Source: Tubulanus polymorphus
Lineage: Eukaryota; Animalia; Nemertea
Direction: 5' to 3'
Assembly (NCBI RefSeq): GCF_964204645.1
Contig: NC_134036.1
Coordinates: forward strand, 8,618,030 to 8,682,029
DNA: 64,000 nt
Shown here: positions 49,512-62,605 of the stretch, piece by piece
Layout of the letters: each line of letters starts with the position of its first letter
Position numbering within the stretch: position 1 is the stretch's first letter
Notes under the pieces: model-generated
What the model was told of the DNA's origin: nothing
What the model saw: only the letters and a program-made list of their open reading frames with translations
Database searches by the model: none
Program-made: the position numbers and the translations under genes

Positions 49512-50645
49512 AAGTAACCACTAGTCATGGGGTGCATTCCAAAATTTTAGATTTTCCATTATTTGACATCGATACGCGGTAAAGGATCGAATGACGCGGG
49601 TCCAATGTATTAATTCAGTCTATCTATTTGAAATATTGGCTTTCAATGGTGTTTCATTTTTAAACCGGTTTTTTAGAAATCAAATCACCTGTCAGTCACT
49701 CCTACCACGAGCCGAACTGAGCGAAAAATCTGTTTACAATGACCAACGGGCGTGTCGTGTATAAAACCAGTTAGCGAGAATAATCCATTTTACAGTTGCT
49801 TGCCACCATTTTGTTAGGGTACCTTTGTCCCGTATTGTTGGGTCATTTTTTTCTCTTTTTTAAAAACTATCCGTGATGTGTGTTGTATCATATTTCATCT
49901 GTCCATGGATGGATTTTGACAGTTTCAGCAACAATCAAACCGCGTGAATCTCTAGTTTTCAGTTATCTAAAAATCATTTCTCAAATTTGCAACAATGCGA
50001 CATGAGAGCGATATAAGAATAGGTGGTCAGTTTTTGCCGCAAACATAGAAATCCAGGGTACTGAACTTTGAAGTTCGTTATTTTCAGAAATGATTTTCTA
50101 AAAAAATCCAAACATTTCAAGCACTGTGCGCATAAACAACCCCTTTCAGGTGAATTTTGACATTTTAAGATATCTTGCCTAGTTTTTTTCCTATCGCTCT
50201 TTAACTGCAGCGCGTGTATTGTCATTCCGAGATTCGGCGGTGTTTTCTTTGCGTGTATTTGCGTGTATATGGGTGTTATTTCTTCATTTTCACTACACTT
50301 GTCTCTACGGAAAATGGTTTTAATTGTTGGTACGAGTGTCAGGTTTAAATATTAAGTAACCACTAGTCACAGGGGTACATTCCAAAAAGTATTTAGATTT
50401 TCCATTATTTGACAGCGATACGCGGTAAAGCATCGAATGACGCGGGTCCAATGTATTAATTCAGTCTATCTATTTGAAATATTGGCTTTCAATGTGTTTC
50501 ATTTTTAAACCGGTTTCTTAGAAATGCAATCACCCATCAGTCACGAGTGTGTAAGGCTCCCCTCTACTACGAGCCGAACTGTGCGAAAAACCTGTTTACA
50601 ATGAACAATATAATACGGGCGTGTCGTGTAAACCAGTTAGCGAGA
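49512..50645. repeat. About 270-bp direct repeat pair (49512-49780 and 50354-50645)
   Basis: aagtaaccactagtca..atcgaatgacgcgggtccaatg..aaaccagttagcgaga present twice. Confidence 0.9.
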
Positions 50646-53429
50646 GTGGATTGATGAATTCGATTCTCAGACGCGTGTTTGTCACATCTGTTCCGCCTAG
50701 AATGTGTTTATATATTTAGATACTTTTTCACATCCACATTTCGATTCGGTTCATTCAGCTCCGTAATCGGTCTCGCAGTATACAGCAAGGGTCAAGGTTT
50801 CTTTAACTTATATCAAACATGTATCGTTCAATGCCCGCTTTCTAATTCATAAGTATTCGTGCCCTTCTTTTCAACTAAACTGTCTCTGTATAAATTATGT
50901 AATCGCAAGAATGCGTGTATTATGTATGAACTTGTTTTCGTGCTCCGTGCAAATGTAACTTTTTTTGTGCTAAACCGTAACTAATTGTAATTGTAATTCA
51001 GCTCTGAACCCAGTTCCACAATCTGTGAGTGTTCAATTTGACTCACGACCATCGTATTATAAACTGCCTGACACCTTTTTTGATAGGTTTTTTGTTCGAT
51101 AATAATATTCGATGAATCGAATTTACACAATTTTCACAATATATGAAATAAATACACGTTTTCTACAGTCGAAAATGTTCAGTTTTGATGCTCTAGAATC
51201 ATTGATGGAATTAATGTCAAACGGTGGCTCACACGTGCACGCACATCTTTATCTAACTGTATCATCAGTTAAACTGAACGAATAGCGGTTTAAATGCGAT
51301 GTGTAATCTTCCTGTTCTGATTTCGCGTAGATAAATATCTTCAAATGTCGGCGGTTTTTTAAGCGGGCGGTTTAAAAGCGCATTTGATGCGAATGGGGCG
51401 TGGTCTAGTTGAGTGACACGCGCACCCTAACGCAGACTGCCACGTAACACATTTCGATCACTTAAGTTTATTTACATCGATTTTGTTCTTAGACTCTAGC
51501 AGTTCATTTTAAACGTTTTAATGCGGACGATGCCCACAGTGTAAAGCATTTCGAACAGTGTAAGTGCATCGGATTTGATAGAATAATTCTCGTCGAGGGG
51601 CGTGTCATTGACAATAAGTAGCCTGCAGTCAATGGCGTGATGGTCGTTATTGTGAGTTGGTTGTAGTTTGAGTGTTTGAAAAGTACGTGAACCTGCAAGG
51701 AGGGAGGGAGAAATCGCAGTTCAAATTCTCCCGATTAGAATTCGAAATCTATGCCTAAAACATTCAAAATTAAATTAACAACTATTGGAACTTCAATTGT
51801 CAAATTCATAACCTACGCGTAATAGATTTAAATTAAGATTGCCTTATTTTAGAACTGTAACTAGAAAATCTTCTGTCAAAATATCCGGTCCCCTATTATG
51901 GAATACTCAATCAGAATCAATTCGATCATTACAAAGCGAACCTGCCTTTAAGCGTACCTACATTAAATCTTTATTCAACACTTTGTAAATTTCCATTCTA
52001 TACAAAACCAGATGCTTCTGTGTGATACGGCTTAGATAGACGGTTTCAGTCTCTCCGTGTAGCCCCATTATCCTGTTACATTTTTCTTCGTTTAATCATA
52101 CTTATTATATCGTCTTATAATGTAACGTTTTAATGAAAATGAATTTCAATTTCAATGGCGCAGTTTAGTATGTAACGCAGGCTTTACTGGTTATTTTCAC
52201 GATGAAAATCGCGCGCTCGTACCCTGCGCTTTCGGGAAATAAAATCTGGGCCAGTGTCTTAACCCTGCAGAGACAATAATCTACCGATCCTTTTCCGGTA
52301 AGGCAAGTTTATATTTTCTATTGATTGTAAATATTGTATATTTTTACCGTGATACAGAAGAAAATCCTATTTGATAATAATCATCAGTTCACAAACTTTA
52401 CCTTGTCAGCTGTTATACCAATGGCTAGCTGGATTGGTAGATATATTTCGCACGAAACTCGCCGAAGGAACGCTCGACAGCGGGATTCTACCGACGAATC
52501 TGATTAAATTTCACCCATCGATTTTTATATTGCAGCCATTGTTCGCATCAGATTGACCACCCGAGTCTATATTGTTTCATTTGACTGTTACGGTATGAAA
52601 CTAGCTGATGAAAACATCCAGAACGTTTCAAGAACATCCGTTAAGAATCGACGTGAAGAAAATAAGGAAATAGATCTTTCGATCGTTTTTTTTTGTGAGG
52701 ATTGAAGAATATAAACGCGCTAAAAGCAATAAGGTCCTTAAGGTTAGTACTGAAATTTTAACCTACGAGGATGAGTTTTGCTACGTTACGTCAATTTGCG
52801 CTTTATTATGTTGAAAATTGAATTAACAGTCACAGGGTTGACGCTCTTGATCGGTGTCGAAACAATTGATGACACATACATTCGATAAGTTAGTATGACG
52901 CCACGTTTCAAATCTATGGGCATCGCGTCGATGTGAACGAGAGATTGGAACACGTGTCGAACTTATCGATATACACAAACTGAATAATTCATTCATATCT
53001 AACGAGGCGTTAACTAAATGAAATCTAACGAGGCGTTAACTACTTAACGATTCAATAGTTATCAATAAATGTCGCTACAAAGCATTGCATTAATCGATCT
53101 TTCGTAGCTTGAAACTTTAATTCAACAGAATTAAAGTTTTTCGATACGTTCGGGAAAAAATTACCGGAACCAGAACTGGAATTTTGCATACAGTTGCCGG
53201 ATCCTTCCCTCTTCAAGGATATTCGTGGTGGAATTAGAGAGCTTATTGGTGGTGGAATTAGCTTGTCCGCCGTGTACCGCCGACAATATGACGGAATATT
53301 TGAGCTGTTCCGCTAAGAAAATTGAAGAGAAGATTGAAGATTTGTTTAAAGAAAGGTGATTGTAGGCCTAAGGCTGTCTCTATTTTCATAATGTTTACTG
53401 TATTGCACTTTCCTAGTGACAATTGTATA

Positions 53430-55370
53430 TTTCTAGATACGTCCGATATATAAGGTCGACCGTCAAGAATGATCTGACATTTATAAAAGGGAATGTTAGG
53501 GCAGAAATGCGAAAAGCAAGATCTTACGGTGTTGAAATAAGTCTGAACCGTGATGGGGTGGTTGTCAAGTGTCACTGTGACTGCGCAGTGGGCCAGGGAC
53601 CAACGGCACACTGCAAACACGTCATTTGTATTGATACGCCGGTCACAATCCTCTCCTTAGTCGTTAATTAATAAAAGCAATAATCGGTCCCTGGCGAGAG
53701 AACGTGTCCGCGCACAAACCCAAGTAAAACTAGAATACCGGAAATTTTGAATGGATATAACAATACAAGATGAATTTATTTACCTTAATATTCAAACACA
53801 GTTCTCCAGTTCAACACAATCCAAATCCTAGCTCTAAATTCCTATTACACTCTCCTGTTGGTAACCCGTCCTGAATCAAGTCCCAGACCAGCTTTTAACA
53901 AGTATCTACGAGTGTCTTTTGAGTGTCTCCCGAGTGACTCCTGAGTGTCTACCGAGTGTCTGCTCTCTCAACATGCGGGTCCCTTTTCTAGAAAGAATCG
54001 GCATTCTTAAAATACCGACTCTCCCACTCGACTTTTGGCAAGGAGCAGCAACCTAACTGTCATGACTGTTTTGGTCATATAGAATTTAGCCTTAATGATT
54101 CGCTGATCTAAAATTATTTGAGAAACTGATTTGCTAAACTAACGTTTTCCTTCCAACCCTCCTGTCATGACGCGGAATGATTTACTCACTCCTTGCTTAT
54201 CATCGTTGAGAGAACAGCTATTCTCTGCGAGTTACCAACAGACGTATACAACAAGAGAAACTTTAGAGAGCTATTATTATCATTTAACACAAATTAATTT
54301 CCTTAAAACTTTAGCGATTATAGAGACTTTGTTCTCGATTAACATCTAGGATATTCAAATTGATTACATTTTCGAAACTATAGTATTTGTCTCAGATTAC
54401 GGTACCACTGATTATTTCTTTTTTAATTATTATAAATACTTTTGATTCGGAACTTCATTATGATCCATTATCTTTCTTAAAATCATTCTATAACTGTTAT
54501 ACTAAATAAATTTGATTACAATACGGCATAAAGCAAAACAACAATATCTCCCCATACTTCCGTTTTTCTTTTCATAGAAAGTAGTCGGGAGTATCATGAA
54601 GTAACAGCGTGATTCTTTCACCAGCCGCATAACTAATGCAACCCATTGTTCCGACCAAATACGGTTCCGTCTATTCTTTAGTTTATAAAAAGATTTCTGA
54701 ATGTTTGCCAGATAACGCAGCAGAAGAACCGAGAAAGAATTATTTTTACACCAGGCTGATTTATGGTCAGCGCTGATAGATCAAAGCATCAAACAACAAC
54801 CTGCTTACTACATCTTACTACGTTTGTTGTCTGAAACCATTTTGAACAACGTGTCGAATGACCGAGCAGAGAGACATTAATCTCAAGAGGCGACATAAGA
54901 AGTCCGGCCATAAACGACGGAAATAAGTTCGAAAGAATAGCGCTCAATAATTTTGAATGTTCGATGGGGATAAAAACTGCTGTTTGTGGGCTCTTCATTT
55001 CGAGTCAAAAGCCCATGTTAGCAGCCAGCCCAGATACGGTAGTTGACGATAAAACTCTCGTTAAATCAAATGTTCTTTTTCTGCACGTAACTGTGAAATA
55101 AATCCAATTACTGTGCCATATCTTGTTATGAATGATAATAATGAACTTGACCTGAAGAAAACAAACACATCAGTAATATTACCGAATCCAGGGTCAATTG
55201 TACTGTTCGAGACGAAAGTATTGTAAGTTATATTATATATAACTTACTAGTTATATATAATATATAGTTATTGTATATATATTTGTCGACATGAAAGTTT
55301 TTGATATTCGCTATGATGCCGAATTCGTTGATCCAATGGTGCAGAAACTAGTACGATATTATTGCATCGG
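53430..55370 (+). pseudogene. SWIM plus YqaJ-like exonuclease pseudogene, interrupted at about 53632-54520
   Basis: Motifs as above. Confidence 0.8.
53632..54520. mobile_element. Solo-LTR-like insertion
   Basis: TG..CA ends; interrupts the SWIM frame right after CKHVIC; no convincing TSD. Confidence 0.4.
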
Positions 55371-55371
55371 C

Positions 55372-56814
55372 TAGTTCTGAGTCAGTGTTGTTCAACGGAG
55401 TTGTCAATATTTTGAAAGTTTTTGCAAGTCCGATAGTTCTTTCCACCTGAACTCGTTTGCTTGCTATTTTTCTATCACTTACGACTGATTGAGCAGACAT
55501 CCTGTTTTTCTTTTTGAAAAATTCAGGGATATTGACAGTAACTTGGGCAGGTATGAATTGAATCCCTTGTCACACATTATTGAGTCTCCAGGATCACACA
55601 TTCTTGTAAGATTACTCCTTTTGCATATCTGGCGGTCACTAGCTGATCCGCCCTGTTAATCTGAAATATAACTAACTAGACCTCCTGGCGTGATTCCGAT
55701 CAATACGTTAACAGTATTCCGATTTTTGTACGTGGAGTAGGTAGCCTGTTGCTCAACAGGCTGCTTGGGTTTTTTAGAGGAATTTCTGTCCCATCAATTA
55801 TCACTCTTGTTGTTGGAAATTTAATCTTGAAATCGCTTGGTGAACAGAATCGGACTAAGTCCGTACTCGGCCAAAAGTCTATCTCTTCGAATTCGCACAT
55901 TAGAAAATTAATCCATGTGATATTTGTAACTACCTTTCCACCTTTTCATTTATATAGAAAAATCCAGCTATTTCATAATTTGAATACGCTCGACGCAGTT
56001 TAATGGGGGTCAAATAAAACTCATCTTCAGCAGTTAAGGAAGGGGCTATGCCATAATAATAATTCAGTATTCAGTTCATTCACTGTTTCTCCAAGCAATG
56101 AAAAATAAGGATGAAAGTATCATAATCTTCTAAACCGGTGTTGAAGTGGAAACATTTTTTTTTTTCATCATAAACATTGTCCTTTGAAGAAAATCCACGT
56201 CTCGCCGTTGTCTGTGAGCATCCATTTCGAGTTACACAATTATCAGTTACATGCTGGCTCTTATCCGCTTGTAAAAACGTTTTTTTTTAGGTTGCATCTG
56301 AGGCGACATCCACATTTGCACCGACATTGCCCCGAATTAGGGGAGGAAACAATTCAATTCGCTGGCGCTTTTTGGCTCGTTCAATTCGATCATTTTCACA
56401 GGGCTTCTGCTTGCTTTTCTGCTTGCTTGTCCAGTTGAATATGTGGGGGATGGTACCATTCTTCAACCTTTTGGTCTGTATACTGTCAAAGAAATAACAT
56501 GCAGACATTAGGCTACAATTGGAATTTTACCGTTTTGGTATTTTATTTTCATAAAACTAATCCACACACTGTGAGATAAGATATCGTGGCTTCAGTAGAA
56601 ATAAAATAATAGTTATAGAGCTTACTTTCCACTGTTGCTGTGATATAATCATCGCAACTAAAATGAGCCTTACACGCGGTAGTCCACGGCTTCGGCGACC
56701 AACTGTGCTCACCACGCTTTACTGCCTGTATCCAACATTTTAAAATTCGGCCTCACTTGGAAAGCGATGGCCTCTTTCGCCAGTACAATGAGAGACGCAA
56801 CAATGACCTGGCAT
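55372..56814 (-). pseudogene. THAP plus Harbinger-type DDE transposase pseudogene
   Basis: Motifs as above; intron at about 56480-56625; frameshifts. Confidence 0.85.
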
Positions 56815-57419
56815 ATTTAGAAACCCTTGAATAAACACGCCGAATAAACGAGTTTACAACACAAATTAATTAACAACACAAAAATAATGCGTGAATAGAT
56901 CACTTCCTGGTTTGAGCGAGTCGTACTCGACTTGCGCGCCATCATGCATTCATGTGGTGTGCAGGTTCCTCATTAGTATCAATAAGTTTATGTCTGTTCG
57001 CCATGAGGAAATAGTTTTAGAAACACTTAAACGTCTATATCGTAGTATAAATTTTCCGAAATATAAAAGCTGTATTTGCAATGAACGACATATGGAACTT
57101 TTCGGTCGGAAGCGAATGAATACATTGTTCGGAGGATCCGATGAAAACGCGTCGAGATCGCATTTCATCATCTTTCATCGTTGCCTTTCCTTAACACAAT
57201 CACAGAAACTCTATTGCGAGGATATCACGCCATGAGCACTTAGGAATTGCACTATGTAGTGTCAATTACTCCTCAGAAAATTCAAGGGAAAATCCAAGTT
57301 CATCACGATACCGAATAGCTCATTTGCGGTTTTTTTGATGCACTACAAGTTAGTGTTATTTTGTAGTAAATAGTCAAGGCTTCCATATGATATAAGATTT
57401 AATGAGGTGGGCCATCAAA

Positions 57420-57665
57420 ATCGATTTTAAATACTGTCCAGTGATAGGACCCGATTTTAAATACTGTCCCGCGAGAAGACCCGATTTTGAATACTGTGAA
57501 TGGACCCGACTCAACTTACTGTCCCGTGAGGGAAGCCCAGTTCAAGATGCTGTCCCGTGAGAGGACCCAGTTCAAGACACTGTCCCGTGGGATGATCCGA
57601 TTTTAAATAATGTCCCGTGAGAGGACCCCATTCAACACGCTGCCCCGTGAGGGGACCCGATTTAA
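57420..57665. repeat. About 30-bp tandem repeat, about 8 units
   Basis: ctgtcccgtgagaggacccgattttaaata and variants. Confidence 0.9.
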
Positions 57666-57939
57666 TTCACCGACCCAATACTGTGGAGAAAATTGACTAT
57701 AGATGCGAAACGTGTTTTCAGGTAAGCGATGAACTAGAAAAATTTTTTTGATCAAATAAGCTATGCCTATATATCCCCAGCCGGCCTGCCGACACAACAA
57801 CCAGCATCGACGTTGTTCTTGCTGATGTGGAAATTCGGCACCAGCGTTTGGACGGTCGTCCCGGGCCTAGTTCTCTGGCACCCGCATGGCTCGGTTCGAA
57901 TCGCTCACGTGTTATATCAACGTTTTCGATGTTCATTCC

Positions 57940-58067
57940 TGCCGACATACACCAAATGGGCAAACAACGAACCAAACAGGGATAATGAAAACTGCGTCGT
58001 GATTACACGCTGGGGCGGAAAATGGAACGACGTACATCGCGGAAGTCGGCTAATACCTGCTATTTAG
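57940..58067 (+). pseudogene. C-type lectin domain C-terminal fragment
   Basis: YTKWANNEPNRDNENCVVITRWGGKWNDV (EPN and WND motifs); the final two Cys are lost. Confidence 0.75.
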
Positions 58068-58097
58068 TCGAAGGAGTGTTAATAGCATCGAAATATA

Positions 58098-58384
58098 CAT
58101 CTTCCCGTGGCAGGGATTCGAACCTGATGGCATGGCTACAGTCAGCCACGGCACGGACCCCTGCCAGACTAGACCGATTGCGCAGGTACATGCGAAGGCT
58201 TTGCCGCACGAAAACATGCGGTCCCAATCAGATTGCTCGTTGTATAATCGCCGAGGTAGATTTCACGCAAGAACTGGAAAAAACTGGGCTTATATGAAAC
58301 GGGATTTCCGATTGGCCAATAATGACATCATTCTAAGCTGCGTGTGTATGCGGACTCTCGATCTGGTATCCCGCTGGGAGGATG
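58098..58384. mobile_element. Third copy of the same MITE family
   Basis: catcttcccgtggcagggattcgaacctgatggcat...gggaggatg; flanks cgaaatata/cgtaatata. Confidence 0.85.
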
Positions 58385-60112
58385 CGTAATATACATTTAA
58401 CCGATACAGAGCTTCAATCAATACCTGACCGAATGTATCGACTATCCTTATGGAATCCTGAATATCATAATTAATCAATAAACCGGAAATAAATGTAAGA
58501 TTGCTCAACTATCTACACATATATACACGCAGGTTGTTATTCTTGGTACTGTCTTCACAGGCTCAGAAGCTGTTATCATTTTTGGTACGTATTTATTTCC
58601 AGTTTACTTGTATTTATTCCATCGAATATCGATCCATGCAATCGTTTTCAACTTCAGGTTTTGTTTTTTTTTTTGTTTTGCTTTTTATTTTCACGCGAAC
58701 GCTTTTATCTACGTTTAACAACAAAGCAACTCCGCGGAATCCACAGAAAGCAGACGGTAAAACGAGCAACAAGAAAATTAATTTTAGAAAATTATTTGAC
58801 GCCTGGGAAAAAAATGTAGAATTTCTGGGCTAAGCTAATGTGGAATTGCAAATTTGAAATCGAAGTTTTAAGAAATTTGGGGAATGATGAGATTTGGCGA
58901 TTGGGTAGATGATACAGGTCTTCGACTCTAGTAGTGGTTTAAATTTTTTATTGAAAATTCTCAATAATTGATCGCGAACTTGCGACCGACTTCATTTACT
59001 TATGCCTCTAAGCTGGTCTGCAACTTTATTGCCTCCATGGATGAAGTAAGAGCTCTTCTGATGTCTGCTTCATCATGACTTCGAGCATATCGTGTGGCCT
59101 AGCCAGCCGGCCTGGTCCCCGGGCCCGGGCCACGGGTTTGGCTGTCACTCGATATCCTAGAGTCTTGACTCTGGGTGGGTTGAAGTACACATTGTCATTT
59201 AAAATAACATGCTTATGTTGTTCTGTATGAATTACCCGTGTGTCATGTATGTTGTATTAATTTATTTTAAAATTTGTATTTATTGAATTTGGGAATTTTA
59301 TCCCGGAATTTCAATGTAATAAGGATCAATAAAGAATTGAATCGAATTGTCACCTAATACACATGCCATCAGAGGACACGGAGCCGTATATGACAGCTAT
59401 GCTATTATAAATTGCTAATCTCACGAAACTTGCATACTCCTAATATCAAACATATTTTCACAAACGATTGAATATTGAAATTATATGTTTACACATTTTC
59501 GTATTGACCGCTTGTAGCCGCTGATGAAATTCACGCCGGCCCTACACACATCGTAGTTAGCTTCGTCATTCCACCGGCATGCCCAGTTCAGGGTCTGACT
59601 TTTATATCAGACTTCCGCATCGTGTATACATCCGCCATTTAACCGAATAATCCGATTTACTTATCACTTCTATTTATGCCTGCCGCTTCTGATATAATCA
59701 TACATCCTTTTGTTATTACAATACGTCTTCTAATGATATTAAATGCAATATAACATTTCGACGTTCAAATATAGGTCATTATATAATCACATGAAGCCAT
59801 TCTACATCTATGTCAATAATATTTTGCCAGATAGCTTGTTTGTGTACACATAAACCTGTAACGTTTTGCACATCGATTTACGGCTGTCGTTTGTAAAATG
59901 ACGCTGAATGGTTAGCATTGTTTAGGTTTCATAATGGTAACGTTTTATAAGGCGTCAAAAAATATGCACGCGGTTCGTCGTTCGTCGCGCGGCCGGCGGA
60001 GTCAGTTGTAGCCGGGTTATCGGGGTTCAAGAATGCACTCGTATTCAACACAGATGAAAACAATTCGTTGAGGAGCCGTGTTTACCGGGTATAGGTTAAC
60101 TATTTATTTGAG

Positions 60113-60154
60113 GCACGAGCTTTCGCTTGTATCTTAGAGGCTTCATCAGGGGAC
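60113..60154 (-). ncRNA. Degenerate minimal hammerhead-like motif
   Basis: CTGATGA-A-GCCTCTAAGATACAAGC-GAAA-GCTC; core intact, stems I and II eroded. Confidence 0.45.
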
Positions 60155-60170
60155 GAATGACTCATACTAA

Positions 60171-60778
60171 GGCCACACCAATAGAAAATCCTGTTTCTCG
60201 GACAGGGCAATCACCAAAATTGGTATGTAGGTAGGACATTTTTTTTCTTTTTATAGAGATAAAATATCGTTTATTCTTCTATCAATTGGTAGGATGCCGT
60301 AAGTAATTTTTACGGGACTAAATTTTTATTCAGGAATATGATTAACAGCTAGTAGACCACAATAATAAAAGGAAATTGAGGTGTTTGTACAATTAATTAT
60401 ATAAAAACTATATTTTGACATATTTCACGCGGAATTCCTGGCATTTTACATTCTAAAGTCGCCATCAAAGTCCGATTAACAAAGTTGTCTGAGCATGGCT
60501 GCGCCATTTCCAGAATCAAATTTCAAATCCGATATAATAAAATTTGTTTATGATGTTGATCTCAGTGCCGACATCACGATTTGGTAAAAAAATATTTACG
60601 AGAGAAAGGAGTTTGGTAGTCGGTCGGCCACATATGTATTTTTGAAAAAAGTTATTTCACCTAAAATTTTGAAAATGGGTCAGTAGGCGATTATATTTCA
60701 TTCTGAAAATGATTATTTGAAATGGGGAAATATCGGGTCGGTCGGGCCCGAGAAACAGGGTTTTCTTTTGGTGTGGCC
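60171..60778. mobile_element. PIF/Harbinger (Tourist-like) MITE
   Basis: TAA|GGCCACACCAA..GAAAA.CCTGTTTCTCGG and its inverse|TAA. Confidence 0.9.
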
Positions 60779-62364
60779 TAACATTAAGTATTAACCCCGT
60801 ACAAACGTTATCGCCAAATAATTTGACCTACTTCACTCACAGAATACAAAAAGACCATCGAGGCTACCGACTTTCCCCGATCAAACTCTATCGACGGCGC
60901 ATCGAGCCTAATCCTAGAAACTATCGAGAAATCGTCCTAAACTCTCCAAGAGAGCAACTCAACACGAGAATAGATACGGTGTCTGAAAGCAATAATCCGA
61001 TTTTATGTTTTCGATGATATGTTCATTGCATTGTGGATATGTTTCGTACACGTTACCGAGAGCGAAATCAGTAGTGTAAGTGCAAGCGGCGGACCAGGGG
61101 GTGCATAGGGTGCACGTGCACCCACTCAACCTAAAGGCATCTCTATTTTTAAATGGTTTTTCATAAGTAATGAAGTGAAATTTGCGAGTAGAAACGTACT
61201 CTGATCGTGCCTAGAACGCGTCTCCGCGCGCGCGTCTAATCTTAAAAGATTTTCTGGAGGAGGACTCCGCAACCATGCGATTTGCGACGACATCGATCGG
61301 TCCGCCAAGCTGACACGTCGAATCAATAGACCACAGAATTAACGCCAAAATTTGTTACTACCGCCGGTTTTAATGGTTCATGTGTTGATTATGATCTTTG
61401 CGAACGTGGCGAAAAACGAAAAACGTCTATGATTTAGTGCAGCAAAAACTGATTTCCAAACAGGGTACCGGCACCGCTACTACGACAATCGAGGATTCCA
61501 CTTATGGCTAGCGAGGATCCGCCAGGTGTCGCTAGCAGTTACTCGGTTACTGCGCTTCGATTTCTTCTACATTTCGAATTAAATTCGAACCAACATCTCT
61601 CATCGCCAAGTCTTTTTTTCAGTAAAACTATAGCATACACCCATTTGGAGACGTCAAACTTGGGCGCCCAATAGAATTATGCCGGTTTACTGAGCTCACA
61701 CCACTATTCGAAATGTTCTATATCCTATGGTAAAAACAAGAAATTCGAGAGTTTAGTTCATATCTAAGCGCGCAAATTCAGGTGAAATCCTGCTTATGGC
61801 TCATAGGCCAGCATCTTAGCTACGCATTAAAGTGGTTTTCGCCCCACATACCCAACCTAACTTTTGAATTAATCAAACTTTTTTTTGTAAGTAGGTAGGG
61901 TATTGTTGTACAGGTATGCCAGTACATCCGAGCCAAATATCGAAAGAAATCCCCCGCCGTGTTACATACGTTTACAGCAGGGCAAAAAAGTCCAGGGTAT
62001 CCATTATTTCATCGTCGATCTGTCTCTCATAACCAATCGATATCATACATAACCGAAATTCGTTACCTATCCCATTTGCTGAATAATGACAACATTTATG
62101 GGACACCGCTTCTTCGTTATAGGTGTTATTTTTGGGTTCCGGTCCTACGCATTAACAAGCTACGAACCTAACTTCATTTTAGACCGGAGTTGGTCGGACT
62201 GTTTGTGAACTCGTTAAAACCGAACGTCAGTTTAGTACGAACCGTAGGAGTTCTATAATAGCGATTGGTCGGGTATCCCTTATCGGGTATATTGACATTT
62301 TTACGCGCATTTTCAATGTTTCAGTAGTCGAATGAACTAGTTGTGTCGTTAAGTCGGATCGGTT

Positions 62365-62605
62365 TACCTAAAGTGGAAGTATATTCAGTGTGGCTTTGGT
62401 TTGAAGGATGTAACGTCGCGTAACAACAACATCGGTAGTAGTTTATAAAGAAAAGAAATCCTCTCCCGAAAGTGCGTGCTTGGCGCAGCGCCCTGGCTTG
62501 TAGCCCATATCGCTGATATATGCAACACGCTCGAACAAAGGCCGGCGAGTTTATCTCTGGGGAATCAACTATGCCTCTGCTGGCAGCCGGACAATCCGCA
62601 CATTC
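62365..62605 (-). pseudogene. Degenerate THAP-domain remnant
   Basis: MCGLSGCQQRHS*FPRD / KH..GEDF / RRYILQTKA..NILP, across frameshifts. Confidence 0.4.

Larger units (their letters stand above)
53200..56945. mobile_element. Decayed ISL2EU-type (PIF/Harbinger group) DNA transposon with two convergent genes
   Basis: + strand: SWIM finger (CHCDCAVGQGPTAHCKHV) and YqaJ exonuclease (CGLFIS..LAASPD..KC..IQGQLYC). - strand: THAP (MPGHCCVSHC..HRFP..CKAHF) and DDE_Tnp_4 (FPTTRVIIDGTEIP, GSASDRQI, QVERTIGLAKTFKIL). Confidence 0.85.
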
